34,718 nt of DNA from Bdellovibrionota bacterium (GCA_044356455.1 JBIKWF010000039.1:1-34718); one strand, 5' to 3'. Shown: positions 1 through 9,310, counted from the stretch's first letter. The notes: generated from the sequence alone by a model not told the origin. A program made the numbers and translations.

Positions 1-152
1 ACAAACGAAGAAAGCACTCCGCCATCGGATTTCGGTCCCCGGAGCAATTCGAAAACGGAGCTTTTAGTAACCGAAAGGCTGCCGCTTAAGCCATCAATCA
101 AAGCGGGGGAAGATCAGTTTCTTTAGAATGGGTGGTTGTGGCCAATGATCAC

Positions 153-1094
153 ATGAGTAGCGTGCAGACTTCAAACACAGAGAAAGTCCCCACTGCAAAG
201 CTCTCAGCGCGCCGGTATGGGGAAATCCTTGCAATTGTAAGTTCAGCTCTTTGGGGTTTCTTCCCAATTATTACTCAGCTTTCTTTTACGCGCCTGGATC
301 CACTTTGGAGTGCTGGTTTCTCAGCGCTTTTTGCAGTCCCATTCTTCGCCGTGATCGTTCACCGCAAGGGGCATTGGCATCAACTTGCCGACAGGAGAGG
401 GTGGCCGGGCATTCTCATAGTGACGCTTTGTATTGGCGTTATTTTTTATGGGCTCAATTTTATAGGCTTTAAGCACACCAGCTCGGGAAATGGCTCGATA
501 ATTCTGCTCATGGAGCTTTTCTTTTCCATGGCCTTTCTGCGTTGGTGGGGAGGTGAACGGCTGAACGGCGATGAAATAGTGGGGGCTCTGCTCATGGTGG
601 TAGGAGCTTTCGTGATTTTATTCAGAGGCGCCTTTATCCTTCAGATGGGCGATCTTATTCTTCTCTTCGCCACCGTGTTCCCCCCTCTAGGAAACTATTT
701 TGCGCGTCAGGCGCGCTCCTATGTTTCCTCGGCGGTGGTGCTTTTTGGTCGGTGCTCACTTAGTGGAGCGACTCTTCTCGTGTTAGCTGCGATCTTCAGC
801 GAAGCGCCCTCATTTGAGGCGCTGCTTGCTTCTATGCCCTATCTTCTTATTAATGGAATCGTTCTCTTTGGGGTTACTAAGCTGCTGTGGCTTGAAACAA
901 TTCACCGGCTCGAGATCTCAGTGGCTCTCGCGCTGACCTCTGTGACACCATTCTTCACTTTTATGTACTCTTACGTACTCTTTGATATCCCTCCCACTAC
1001 AGCGCAGCTCCTTGGGCTAGGACCGACAGTCGTCGGGATATTACTTCTTACTCGCGTGGTGCGGCCCTTCACTTTGTTTAAGGAGCGCCAATAG
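153..1094 (+). CDS. EamA/DMT family transporter
   Basis: About 10 hydrophobic helices in two EamA-like halves (SALWG motif, GxxL-rich TMs). ATG 153 preferred over GTG 132. Confidence 0.9.
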   Translation: MSSVQTSNTEKVPTAKLSARRYGEILAIVSSALWGFFPIITQLSFTRLDPLWSAGFSALFAVPFFAVIVHRKGHWHQLADRRGWPGILIVTLCIGVIFYGLNFIGFKHTSSGNGSIILLMELFFSMAFLRWWGGERLNGDEIVGALLMVVGAFVILFRGAFILQMGDLILLFATVFPPLGNYFARQARSYVSSAVVLFGRCSLSGATLLVLAAIFSEAPSFEALLASMPYLLINGIVLFGVTKLLWLETIHRLEISVALALTSVTPFFTFMYSYVLFDIPPTTAQLLGLGPTVVGILLLTRVVRPFTLFKERQ

Positions 1095-2409
1095 CAAGAA
1101 GCGGTTTGCGCGGAAAGTCGCTAGCCTCGGTCGACTGAAGTGCTTTTAGCCGCGTTTGTAGTACCCGAATGGTGCTGTTGAGCACGTCGTCTATTTCTAT
1201 CTGTTTCGCCTTTGGATTCCGGACAACAAAATTTTGGATATCGGACTCCGCACGCGGAACAAACGCTTGCACAAGAAGAATTCGAGCCTCTATGCCCCTA
1301 AGCAAGAGAGCGCGGTAATTTGCCCAAAGCTCTTTGTCTTTCGCCGATGCGCTTTCAAAGTTAGTCCAACGAGGTAGCTCCACATTAAATCTAGGAGCCA
1401 CTTTCACCTCTGGCTGGTTGGTGATCGGGTCTGTGGTGTAGTTCCAAGAAAGAACCCAGCTAAAGCCAAAGTCGGATTTTGCTCCGCCTGCGCCGCCGGT
1501 CGAAAACAGATCTAAATCCTTTGTTATCTCCGCGTACGTTGTGCCCCGCACAGGATAGTCGACGAGGGTTACTCCGGGAGTGCGAAGAATCGCCTCAGCG
1601 CTGGAAGGAGTTGGTGCCACACCTGCAGGAGAAGCTTGCGGCGCAGACATGCCCGATGGATCCGAAGCCATGGTAGGGAGCGCAGTGGGTAGAGGGAGAG
1701 TTCCTGCAGTCCCTTCAGCTTGCGTGGAAAGGGCCTGTGAGAGTGGAGCCTGTGAAATTGGGGCCTGTTGCGGAGGAGACTGCGAAGGGAGCTCCTGAGT
1801 GATAGTGCTCGCAGCTGAAGGCGATATGCCAAGTGGTGCCGGTATCGGGGAGATGGCGATCGCCGGATATTCACTCGTCGTAGTACCCGTGCTCGCTGCC
1901 AGGCGAGGAGCTGCATACGTCACTGCCATCACGGGCGCAGGTTCGCTGGAGGGCTCGGATCCTGCTGACGAGCTTGCGTTACGTTCGCTACTATCTGCGC
2001 TGCTGATAGTTCCCGCAGAATCAAGGGAAGTGGTTTCTTGCCCGAGGTTCCCACTTACCTCGAATGGAGAAGAGGAAGCCGGGGCGTCTGCGGATGAGGG
2101 GATGGAGGTAGAAGATTCGGACTCTTGCGATAGACTCTGTTGGCTGAGAACAGAAGCCGACTCCGTAGAGGGAAGTGCTGAGGAAGAAGGAATCGTAATG
2201 TCCCGTTCGGCAAGTCCCTCAGTGGAGTGAATTGAAGAGTTCGTGAGGGCTCCGGGGTCAGGCGCAGAAAGACTGCTCGGAGGCGCGCTAGGGACAGGAG
2301 CCTCAGCAGAGCTCAGGCAAGGAGATGTCAAAAGTGCTGCGACGGATAAAGAAAGCGCCAAAGACCAAGGTCTATCTGCTGCAATAAATACCAACGAACT
2401 TCGCCGCAT
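1078..2409 (-). CDS. Secreted Ser/Pro/Ala-rich protein with a C-terminal DUF922-like (zincin-like) domain lacking HExxH
   Basis: Signal-like N-terminus, long low-complexity linker, then YPVRGTT...SWNY...LPRW...W as in DUF922. Start at ATG 2409 or TTG 2445. Confidence 0.65.
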   Translation of the reverse strand: MRRSSLVFIAADRPWSLALSLSVAALLTSPCLSSAEAPVPSAPPSSLSAPDPGALTNSSIHSTEGLAERDITIPSSSALPSTESASVLSQQSLSQESESSTSIPSSADAPASSSPFEVSGNLGQETTSLDSAGTISSADSSERNASSSAGSEPSSEPAPVMAVTYAAPRLAASTGTTTSEYPAIAISPIPAPLGISPSAASTITQELPSQSPPQQAPISQAPLSQALSTQAEGTAGTLPLPTALPTMASDPSGMSAPQASPAGVAPTPSSAEAILRTPGVTLVDYPVRGTTYAEITKDLDLFSTGGAGGAKSDFGFSWVLSWNYTTDPITNQPEVKVAPRFNVELPRWTNFESASAKDKELWANYRALLLRGIEARILLVQAFVPRAESDIQNFVVRNPKAKQIEIDDVLNSTIRVLQTRLKALQSTEASDFPRKPLLAIGAP

Positions 2410-2462
2410 GAGTCTCGCCCGTGTTTCAGTTTCTAACGTTCGCAATCTTGACCTTCTTCCAT

Positions 2463-2640
2463 TCCGTTTTCCCTCCGCGTACTCTGCGTCCTCCGCGTTA
2501 CTTGAAAACTATTGAATAACGCGGAGCCGTCTACGCCTTACGGCTGCGCCGAGCCTGGCTTCAGTGCAGCCGCGGCGCAGCTTCAGCGGAGCCGGGGACG
2601 CAGAGCACGCGGGGGGGGGAGTTTCTCAGAGGTTCTCTAG
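2463..2640. mobile_element. MITE-like palindromic element (CGCAGAG core), left end lost, with a nested 65-bp insert
   Basis: Closely similar to 18927-19072. Right terminus CTCAGAGGTTCT+CTAG overlaps the fadJ stop codon. Confidence 0.75.
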
Positions 2641-4829
2641 GCCGCTCCCAAGAAGCTTCCATTTGTTTCCGCTCTTTTGACAATCCCAGTCCAAGGAGTG
2701 AAGCGCTCACCATGCTTTTGCGCAAGGCGGGTAAGGGACTCTGCAACGCTGCGCGCGCCAAGCTTCTCCGCGTAATAAAGCACGCCGCCTCGGAAAGGCG
2801 GAAATCCAATCCCCATCACGGTTCCGAGGTCCACCTGGTTCGCAGCCTCAGCCCCCGGTGCTCCTGCCACGCCTTCGTCTAAGCACTGCACTGCTTCATT
2901 GATGAGTCTCAAAATAAGCCGGTCGGCGATGTCTTTACGGTTGGCGGCAGTAATGGGCGGTTTCGCTACCCCCAGGAGTTCTCTTATTCCTGGGTGAGGG
3001 GAACTTCCTTTTTCAGAAAAATCATAGAAGCCGCCTCCCGACTTCTTTCCCTTGCGGCCAGCTTGCACCAATTTATTTACATATTGAGGCGCCTGCATAC
3101 GCGCGCCGTAACCCTTCGTCATGATTTCGGAGACATGCTCAGCAACATCAAGTCCCACCTCATCAAGAAGACGAAGAGGGCCCATGGGCATGCCAAATTC
3201 AAGCGCGGCTTCGTCAATGTCTCTCACGGAGTAACCATCTGCAAGCAGGTGCGCTGCCTCGGAGACATAGGGCGCAAGAATGCGGTTTACGAGAAATCCA
3301 GGAACGTCCTCGACAACGATCGGAAATTTACCAAGCTTTGTTGCGAGAGCTGCGACCACCGCTATCGTTTTGTTGCCAGTGTTTTTTCCGCAGACAATTT
3401 CCACGAGGGGCATTTTTTCAACGGGATTGAAAAAATGCATGCCAATAACTCGCTCGGGGTGCTCGATAGATGCTGCAATTTCAGTAATTGAAAGCGAAGA
3501 GGTGTTGGAGGCAATGATTGCATCCGCGGGAAGAAGTTTTGAAAGATCTGAGAGAACTTTTTTCTTGACCTCCATGTTTTCAAAGATGGCCTCAATCGCG
3601 AAGTGGGCGTTTCCAATGTTTGCTGAATCGCGCGAGGTCGGCTCGATGCGATTGAGCATGAAGCTTCTCTCTGTTTCGGAGAGGTAGCTCATCTTCGAAA
3701 AATAATTGCGAATTTGGGTCATCCCACGAGCGACCGCGTCGTCGCTCGTGTCCTTAAGAATCACGCTACAATCATTGCGCGCCAGGGAGCCAGCTATTCC
3801 TGCTCCCATGACACCAGCACCCACGACTACGCTGCGCAGGTGCTCAGTAGCTTTGCGGCCCGGTTTGCCAAGGGTCTTCGAGGCTTCAGTGAGAAAGTAG
3901 AGGCGTACGAGTGACTTGCTTTCAGGAGTTACAATGAGCCTCCCAAGCTCCTGGGCTTCAAACTTAAGTCCCACGCTCATACCCTCTTCTAGTCCAAGCA
4001 GCGTAGCGCTTAGTGCTGAAAGTGGAGCGGGATAAAAACCGCGCGTCTCTTTTTGCAGACTCTTCGCGGCCTTCTTCTTCACAAGGGAGCGCCCCAATTT
4101 GGTAGAGCTAAGAAGGCGGTCCATGAGAGGAGGCCTAACTACTCTCGGTGCTACCTGGCCAAGAGCAATCTGTTCGGCGCGTGTTTTAAGGGCGTCAATA
4201 GAGACAACTTCATTCACAAGTCCGCACGAGAGTGCCTGCTTGGGGCGAAGGGTTTTGCCTGCAAGGATGATATCAAGGGCTTTGGGAAGTCCTACCACTT
4301 TTGGAAGGCGCTGCGTGCCGCCAAAGCCAGGAAGGATTCCAAGTTTAATTTCAGGAAGGCCGATGACGCTCGATTTATGATCCGATATGAGACGATAACG
4401 GCAGGCAAGTACCATCTCGCAGCCACCCCCGACGCACGGGCCACTTATCGCGGCAACGGTGGGGAAGGGGAGCGCTTCGATGAGACCAAACACTTCTTGC
4501 CCCTCACGAGCCATGGCGGAAGCCTCAGGAGCACTCGTCGCATTCTTAATTATGTTAATGTCAGCACCGGCCGTGAACATTTCTGGACCAGAGCCAGTAA
4601 TGATGAGACCGCGCGGATTTTTTGCCTTCACGTTCTCTATGGCAGCTCGAAGGGATCTCATGCGCTCGATGGTAAGAGTGATGACTCTTTCGGAGCTTGA
4701 TCCAAGTCTCAGCAGTGCAAGGCCATTCTCAAGAAATTCAAGATGAACGACGCCGACTACTTCGGGATTAGTGCTGCTCATCTCTGTTTGGGTAGAGTGC
4801 GCGGATGTTCTTGGATCGTGGCTTTCCAT
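2637..4829 (-). CDS. fadJ: Fatty acid oxidation complex alpha subunit (enoyl-CoA hydratase/3-hydroxyacyl-CoA dehydrogenase)
   Basis: Crotonase motifs GGGCE and GLPEIKLGILPGFGGTQRL, Rossmann GAGVMG, SNTSSL, GMHFFNPV, PGFLVNR, PMGP. Start uncertain (ATG 4829 or 4781; ORF open to 4958). Confidence 0.92.
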   Translation of the reverse strand: MESHDPRTSAHSTQTEMSSTNPEVVGVVHLEFLENGLALLRLGSSSERVITLTIERMRSLRAAIENVKAKNPRGLIITGSGPEMFTAGADINIIKNATSAPEASAMAREGQEVFGLIEALPFPTVAAISGPCVGGGCEMVLACRYRLISDHKSSVIGLPEIKLGILPGFGGTQRLPKVVGLPKALDIILAGKTLRPKQALSCGLVNEVVSIDALKTRAEQIALGQVAPRVVRPPLMDRLLSSTKLGRSLVKKKAAKSLQKETRGFYPAPLSALSATLLGLEEGMSVGLKFEAQELGRLIVTPESKSLVRLYFLTEASKTLGKPGRKATEHLRSVVVGAGVMGAGIAGSLARNDCSVILKDTSDDAVARGMTQIRNYFSKMSYLSETERSFMLNRIEPTSRDSANIGNAHFAIEAIFENMEVKKKVLSDLSKLLPADAIIASNTSSLSITEIAASIEHPERVIGMHFFNPVEKMPLVEIVCGKNTGNKTIAVVAALATKLGKFPIVVEDVPGFLVNRILAPYVSEAAHLLADGYSVRDIDEAALEFGMPMGPLRLLDEVGLDVAEHVSEIMTKGYGARMQAPQYVNKLVQAGRKGKKSGGGFYDFSEKGSSPHPGIRELLGVAKPPITAANRKDIADRLILRLINEAVQCLDEGVAGAPGAEAANQVDLGTVMGIGFPPFRGGVLYYAEKLGARSVAESLTRLAQKHGERFTPWTGIVKRAETNGSFLGAA

Positions 4830-4993
4830 ATCGGTACCCCTTACAACCTCGGATGGTGTTCCGTAGTGACGAGAAAGCCTACTAGGGACACAACCCTCGC
4901 GGATCTTCTTAACGGAAGCGGAGCCTATTCTAAAAGTTGGCTCTATTGAGAAAGCCAAATTTTTTTAAAGACCGCACCTCTTTAGGCAGATCC

Positions 4994-5036
4994 AAGTGCC
5001 TAGGCACTTACGCACCTGGCAAATATTGTCAGGAGC
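4994..5036. repeat. Perfect 16-bp palindrome AAGTGCCTAGGCACTT plus an adjacent imperfect hairpin upstream of fadJ
   Basis: 4994-5009 is self-complementary. 5012-5036 is GCACCTGGCAA-ATA-TTGTCAGGAGC. Confidence 0.55.
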
Positions 5037-5225
5037 AAAGTACCTGGGACAAGTAACTATCCCATATTATAGGAAAAACCCAAGAGGGAAGGTGAAGGCC
5101 GGAGTATTTCGTGCAGGCTCTCGCTCGTGGTGGGCTGTATGCGCATCGCAGGGAGCCTGATGCGCTGGGCGCACGTAGCTCCCGGGCATGAGGGGGCGAA
5201 TTTCGGGCTTCCCAGCGCTTGCGCA

Positions 5226-5352
5226 CTAGGGAACCTCTGAACAACCCGATATTTTATTTTTTCTCTCTGTGATCTCTGTGTCCTCTGTGGTTTTTCAACA
5301 ATTTGAATCAACCACAGAGGGCACAGAGCGGACTTTTTCAGAGCTTCCCTAG
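5226..5352. mobile_element. MITE-like palindromic element (CACAGAG core) with CTAG on both flanks
   Basis: CTAG-GGAACCTCTGAA...TTCAGAGCTTCC-CTAG with internal CTCTGTG/CACAGAG arms. Homologous to 22312-22431 and to the reverse complement of 30835-30964. Confidence 0.85.
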
Positions 5353-5354
5353 TT

Positions 5355-6623
5355 CTAGCGTTTTCGGCCAAGTTTCTGCTTGGCTTCCTCGGGGAGCGCC
5401 AGCCAGCGTTTAATGGTCGTGCGAGACTCGCGAACCAGAGCTTGGAAGAGTGGCTCGGCATCACTGAGGTGCCGAAGTCTTCCGTCCTCCATTTGTACGA
5501 GCATGGGATTCTTGTAGTCCCCTGTATGTACATCGCTTGTAGAGATCTCATGTAAGTAATAGGCGGGGTCAAGACCTGCAGCAACCACTGCGGAGCGCGC
5601 CTTTTCCTTGAGCTCGCTACCGTCGTCTACTTCGTGGACTCGTACGGTCTTAAAGAGCCTTCTGTTAATGAGCCGCTGAGAGAGATCCGCAAGGGTCGCG
5701 TCAGGCCCTTCGCTCCAGCGCATCAAATGGTAACGCCACCAGGACTCTCGCATCCAAAAGACACTATGCAGAGAAAGTTCTGAGGCGTCCTTGGCTGCAA
5801 GAACCTCCTTCATTACTTCATCGGCAAAGCTAAGCTTGCTGCCTAGGTCCCGTGCTCTTTGAACAATCGCTTTATTGAGCATGTCCGAGGCGAGTAGCAC
5901 GCGATGCTGATAAATCTGGCGATACATGGCGTGACGCGAGAGAGTAAAGTGCATCATCGCGTCGAGGCGGCTTTCATCGAGTGCTAAGTGCCTGTCGCTG
6001 GTGAGCTGAATCGCTTCGGTTAATGCTTGAATATTATAGCGTCCGTAGCTTACTCCAGCCAGGATGCTATCGACGACGCACCAGTTCCCTCGGTCAACGT
6101 TCCAGCCACCGCCACTTATGATTTCCCACGTCCATGGGGGAACAGAGGAAGACTCGTCGAGAATGGCGCATACCGTTTCAAGTGCCGAGCTGCCAGTCTT
6201 TTCAACAATTGCCCGTACCAGCGGGTCCTCTCGAATTACTCGTGACGAGAGCTCTTCGTGGGTATCTGGTTTGCCGGGGAACCAGGCCTTAAAGGCGGTA
6301 TGAGAGCCGGGTGCAAGGTGCCCTACGTCATGCAGCGTTGCCGCGAGAAGTACCGAAGTTCTAAATTCGCCCACCTCATTCGGAAAACGTTTCTCGAGAT
6401 GTGACATGAGCAGCTTTGCAAGGTGCGCAACTCCGATGGAGTGGCCGAATCGGGAGTGCTCCGAGAACATGTAGACGAGGCGCGTATTTGCGGTTTGGCT
6501 TATATCGCGCAGCCGTTGAAACCAAGGGGTGTCGATAATTTTCAAGACTGCCGCCTCGGCCGGGTTCTCCGGGGAGAGATCAATTAGCTGATGAACGACG
6601 TCGGCAAAGGTGATGGTGCTCAT
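5355..6623 (-). CDS. HD-domain phosphohydrolase, SAMHD1/COG1078-like (putative dNTP triphosphohydrolase)
   Basis: IIDTPWFQRLRDISQ, HSRFGHSIG, LHDVGH..GSH, VDR, RHAMYRQIYQH, RRLFK motifs. Confidence 0.88.
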   Translation of the reverse strand: MSTITFADVVHQLIDLSPENPAEAAVLKIIDTPWFQRLRDISQTANTRLVYMFSEHSRFGHSIGVAHLAKLLMSHLEKRFPNEVGEFRTSVLLAATLHDVGHLAPGSHTAFKAWFPGKPDTHEELSSRVIREDPLVRAIVEKTGSSALETVCAILDESSSVPPWTWEIISGGGWNVDRGNWCVVDSILAGVSYGRYNIQALTEAIQLTSDRHLALDESRLDAMMHFTLSRHAMYRQIYQHRVLLASDMLNKAIVQRARDLGSKLSFADEVMKEVLAAKDASELSLHSVFWMRESWWRYHLMRWSEGPDATLADLSQRLINRRLFKTVRVHEVDDGSELKEKARSAVVAAGLDPAYYLHEISTSDVHTGDYKNPMLVQMEDGRLRHLSDAEPLFQALVRESRTTIKRWLALPEEAKQKLGRKR

Positions 6624-7852
6624 GATGGTATCCGTACCTGTGCTACTATTTCTATTCCAAAACTGTTGAGACCCACGAGGTTGCGGGTTGATCCGGTGAG
6701 TACTTCTGCCTTCCGCACACCAAGGTCACGCAGAATCTGAGCCCCAAGCCCATACTCGCGCATCATCCACATAGGGCGCCGCTTGGAATCCACTGCGGGA
6801 GTGAAGGGCGACGTTGAGCGTTGTTCTCCAAGCTGTGTGCCAAAAGGCCGCCGGAGATAAAGAAACACGCCTGAACCCCTTTCTCCAATAGCATGCAGAC
6901 AGCGCTCAATGTCATGCCGCGTACTTCCCTCGGAGGCCCCAAAAACGTCGCCAAAAGTAAATTCAGGCTGCACGCGCACAAGAACAGGAACTTCAGGATT
7001 AATCTCGCCTTTCACGAGAGCTAAATGTTCCTCGTCATGAAGGGAAGATCTGTAGAGCACTGATTTCATCTCCCCCGCGCAGCGCGTGGGAAGTTTTGCT
7101 TCCGCTACTCGAGTCACAAGATGTTCATGTTCAAGTCTGAGGCGTGTGAGGTCTGAGAGAAGGAAGTGCGGTATATCCCTTGAGGAGGAGAGGCTCTTGA
7201 CCTCTTCAAGAGACATAAACTCCCCTGAGGACCCAAGCATATCGATGCATACTGCGGCGTCAGTAAATCCAGAAAGTGTTACGAGATCGACTGCGCCCTC
7301 GGGCAGCGCATTCTTTACAAGTACCCCGCCTTCTTTGACTTCAAGGGGGAAAATGTGGCCCGGGCGAACAAGCTTTCGGGGCACAGGGGAGGGCTCCCCA
7401 AGGATGCTTATTGTCAGAGCCCTATCCGAGGCTGAAATCCCCGTTGAAACACCTTCGCGAGCTTCTACGGATTCCAGGCCGTTGAGTGGAGAGAGCGATT
7501 GTTCGCTAAGTGCCTGATCGCGAAGGATCTGTTCAATCTCCGAAATTCCTACGCTGGGTGAATTCATGCGCGGGCGGGACATGGGATCCAAAAGAAACGC
7601 GCGCACACGCTGCGGACTGAGCGCCACGAAGGTAATGCCTCCGGTAAGAGAGAGCATCTCATTTACAATGGTGGAGGTGATCTCTTGGGCTGGAGCAATG
7701 AGGGTGGAGCGCGGCTGGGCTGAAGAATCATCTGAGAGTATTGCGAGCCTGCGCATGCGCACCGCCATACGCACCGATTCGGCGCTATGGGCTGAATCGC
7801 TACTGGATAGTGCAGAGCTACTTTGAGAGGTTGGCGAATTGTGGGCATCCAT
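6620..7852 (-). CDS. ribBA: RibBA-like protein (DHBP synthase + GTP cyclohydrolase II folds), catalytic motifs degenerate
   Basis: TGISASDRALTI, RPGHIFPL, EHLALVKG, VLVRV, GDVFG and REYGLGAQILRDLGV are retained. The stop overlaps the HD gene start (ATGA). Confidence 0.8.
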   Translation of the reverse strand: MDAHNSPTSQSSSALSSSDSAHSAESVRMAVRMRRLAILSDDSSAQPRSTLIAPAQEITSTIVNEMLSLTGGITFVALSPQRVRAFLLDPMSRPRMNSPSVGISEIEQILRDQALSEQSLSPLNGLESVEAREGVSTGISASDRALTISILGEPSPVPRKLVRPGHIFPLEVKEGGVLVKNALPEGAVDLVTLSGFTDAAVCIDMLGSSGEFMSLEEVKSLSSSRDIPHFLLSDLTRLRLEHEHLVTRVAEAKLPTRCAGEMKSVLYRSSLHDEEHLALVKGEINPEVPVLVRVQPEFTFGDVFGASEGSTRHDIERCLHAIGERGSGVFLYLRRPFGTQLGEQRSTSPFTPAVDSKRRPMWMMREYGLGAQILRDLGVRKAEVLTGSTRNLVGLNSFGIEIVAQVRIPS

Positions 7853-7953
7853 AGGGCTGCCCCATTCTCGCCAAGTTGCTGATAAAAATAAACCTTTTTT
7901 AGGTGGAATTTATGGGGGCCGAGAAAACTTCTCGAATATGGGGCTGCTCTAGG

Positions 7954-8985
7954 CTAAGCCAAGCTCGCCCACTTCGCAGTAAAAAGATTCTCCCAACCAT
8001 AAGTTTTGATGAGTCCGGTGGTTGAAAGCACGTGGTCATCATTCACCAGCACCGTGCGAATGCCAGAGAGCTCCATTAACTTCGCTACTATGGGGGAGTA
8101 CCCGTCCTTGTCACTCAGAATTCGGTAGCAGCCACCACGTTCTGAGGCGGTCACCGACCCTAGAAACCGCGTCATCATCAGATTCCAAGAAGCGAGGTCC
8201 CACTGCGCGCTGTCGGTTTGCGGCAGTCGGCACTGAGCTCGAATAAACCCCTCATGGACAAAGCGCATCCCTACATTGCTGTTCAACTTAGAGATGAGTC
8301 TGGAGTAGGAGTGCATGCCGTCCCTAACTTTGTCGGTTAAAGGAGAGCTGTCGGCCAAGATAACGGCCTTAGCATCTCCTTCAAAAGAACTTTTCTCAGA
8401 AAGCCAGCGCTTGAAATTCCAATCTTCCCGGAGCGAATGAATTTCTGCGGGCGAGGGAGTGACAAGGACAAGGTCAACAAAAGGAAGCGAGGCCATTTCA
8501 GTTGCGCGAGGGTTTTTCACCCCGCGGTTACCAAGAATAGGCGCAAAGTTCGCCTCGCTTTGAATGGGACGCGGAGGTTCATTCTCTGCGCCGCTTTTTG
8601 TAGAAGCGATCAGAGAATCTGAATCCAGTGCGGCTACTACAAATAGATCCGCCCGCTTCATCTTGGGAACGCTCCGTAGAAACGTTTCGATTCCTTGCAG
8701 AATATAGGACGCATGTCCCACGTGGAGGAGGTCAAAGGCGCCTGGAAAAAGCAGGACGGTTTTGCCCTCATTGATGATGGTTTGAATCCTGCTGCGCCCT
8801 TCTTGAAGGTTAGGTGCAACTTTTGATTCGATCTCTTTTAATCGGCCGCCAAGCGTCACAAGGCCAAATTTGTCTAAGGTAACTCCAGCCGCTTCTACTT
8901 GGTTCACACGAGTACGTGCCGCGTCATTTGAAAGAAGCGTTGTAAAGTTGGCTGAAGTGGTCCGAGAGAGAGCAGGGGAGGTCAT
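7954..8985 (-). CDS. Cytidylyltransferase-like (HxGH) nucleotidyltransferase, RfaE/TagD-related with insertions
   Basis: GAFDLLHVGH, DSD, RPI, LPFVDLV and C-terminal STT motifs. Confidence 0.72.
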   Translation of the reverse strand: MTSPALSRTTSANFTTLLSNDAARTRVNQVEAAGVTLDKFGLVTLGGRLKEIESKVAPNLQEGRSRIQTIINEGKTVLLFPGAFDLLHVGHASYILQGIETFLRSVPKMKRADLFVVAALDSDSLIASTKSGAENEPPRPIQSEANFAPILGNRGVKNPRATEMASLPFVDLVLVTPSPAEIHSLREDWNFKRWLSEKSSFEGDAKAVILADSSPLTDKVRDGMHSYSRLISKLNSNVGMRFVHEGFIRAQCRLPQTDSAQWDLASWNLMMTRFLGSVTASERGGCYRILSDKDGYSPIVAKLMELSGIRTVLVNDDHVLSTTGLIKTYGWENLFTAKWASLA

Positions 8986-9175
8986 AGTTTTTCTTTATGT
9001 TATTGGGGGCGGCATTATGCCGAGTTTTGCGGCCTAAGCAAAGGCGCCATGAGAGGACATAGGCCAGTGAAATTAAGCAGGTTTTCCGCGTGTCCACGCT
9101 CAGATCCCTCTATGACTGAAGCAGAGCGCAAAAATGTTCGGCGTAAAACAATAAGATTACTTAAGCTTTAATTGG

Positions 9176-9268
9176 ACCGCAAAGGACGCAAAGGACGCAA
9201 AGAGAGCTCAATTAAAATAGCAATTTCAACGTATCCCTTTGTGTCCTTTGCGTCCTTTGTGGTGAAAA
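9176..9268. repeat. Inverted repeat of 9-nt-period CGCAAAG units (no IS-like termini)
   Basis: ACCGCAAAGGACGCAAAGGACGCAAAG ... CTTTGTGTCCTTTGCGTCCTTTGTGGT. Confidence 0.8.
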
Positions 9269-9310
9269 AATTCTGATGCCCTATGACTGAAGCTACTGCT
9301 TGCTTGTGCG

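Noticed and set aside
1479..4746. Numerous antisense and alternate-frame ORFs within long genes (also elsewhere in the window)
   Set aside because: Shadow ORFs of well-supported genes, lacking motifs.
5029..5584. ORFs 5057-5584 and 5029-5244
   Set aside because: They overlap the HD gene and/or translate the palindromic element (QRTQRSQR).
5355..8985. Anti-phage dNTP-depletion or CBASS-like defence system
   Set aside because: The nucleotidyltransferase is HxGH class, not cGAS/Pol-beta; there are no effector or defence-island markers, and COG1078 HD proteins are commonly housekeeping.
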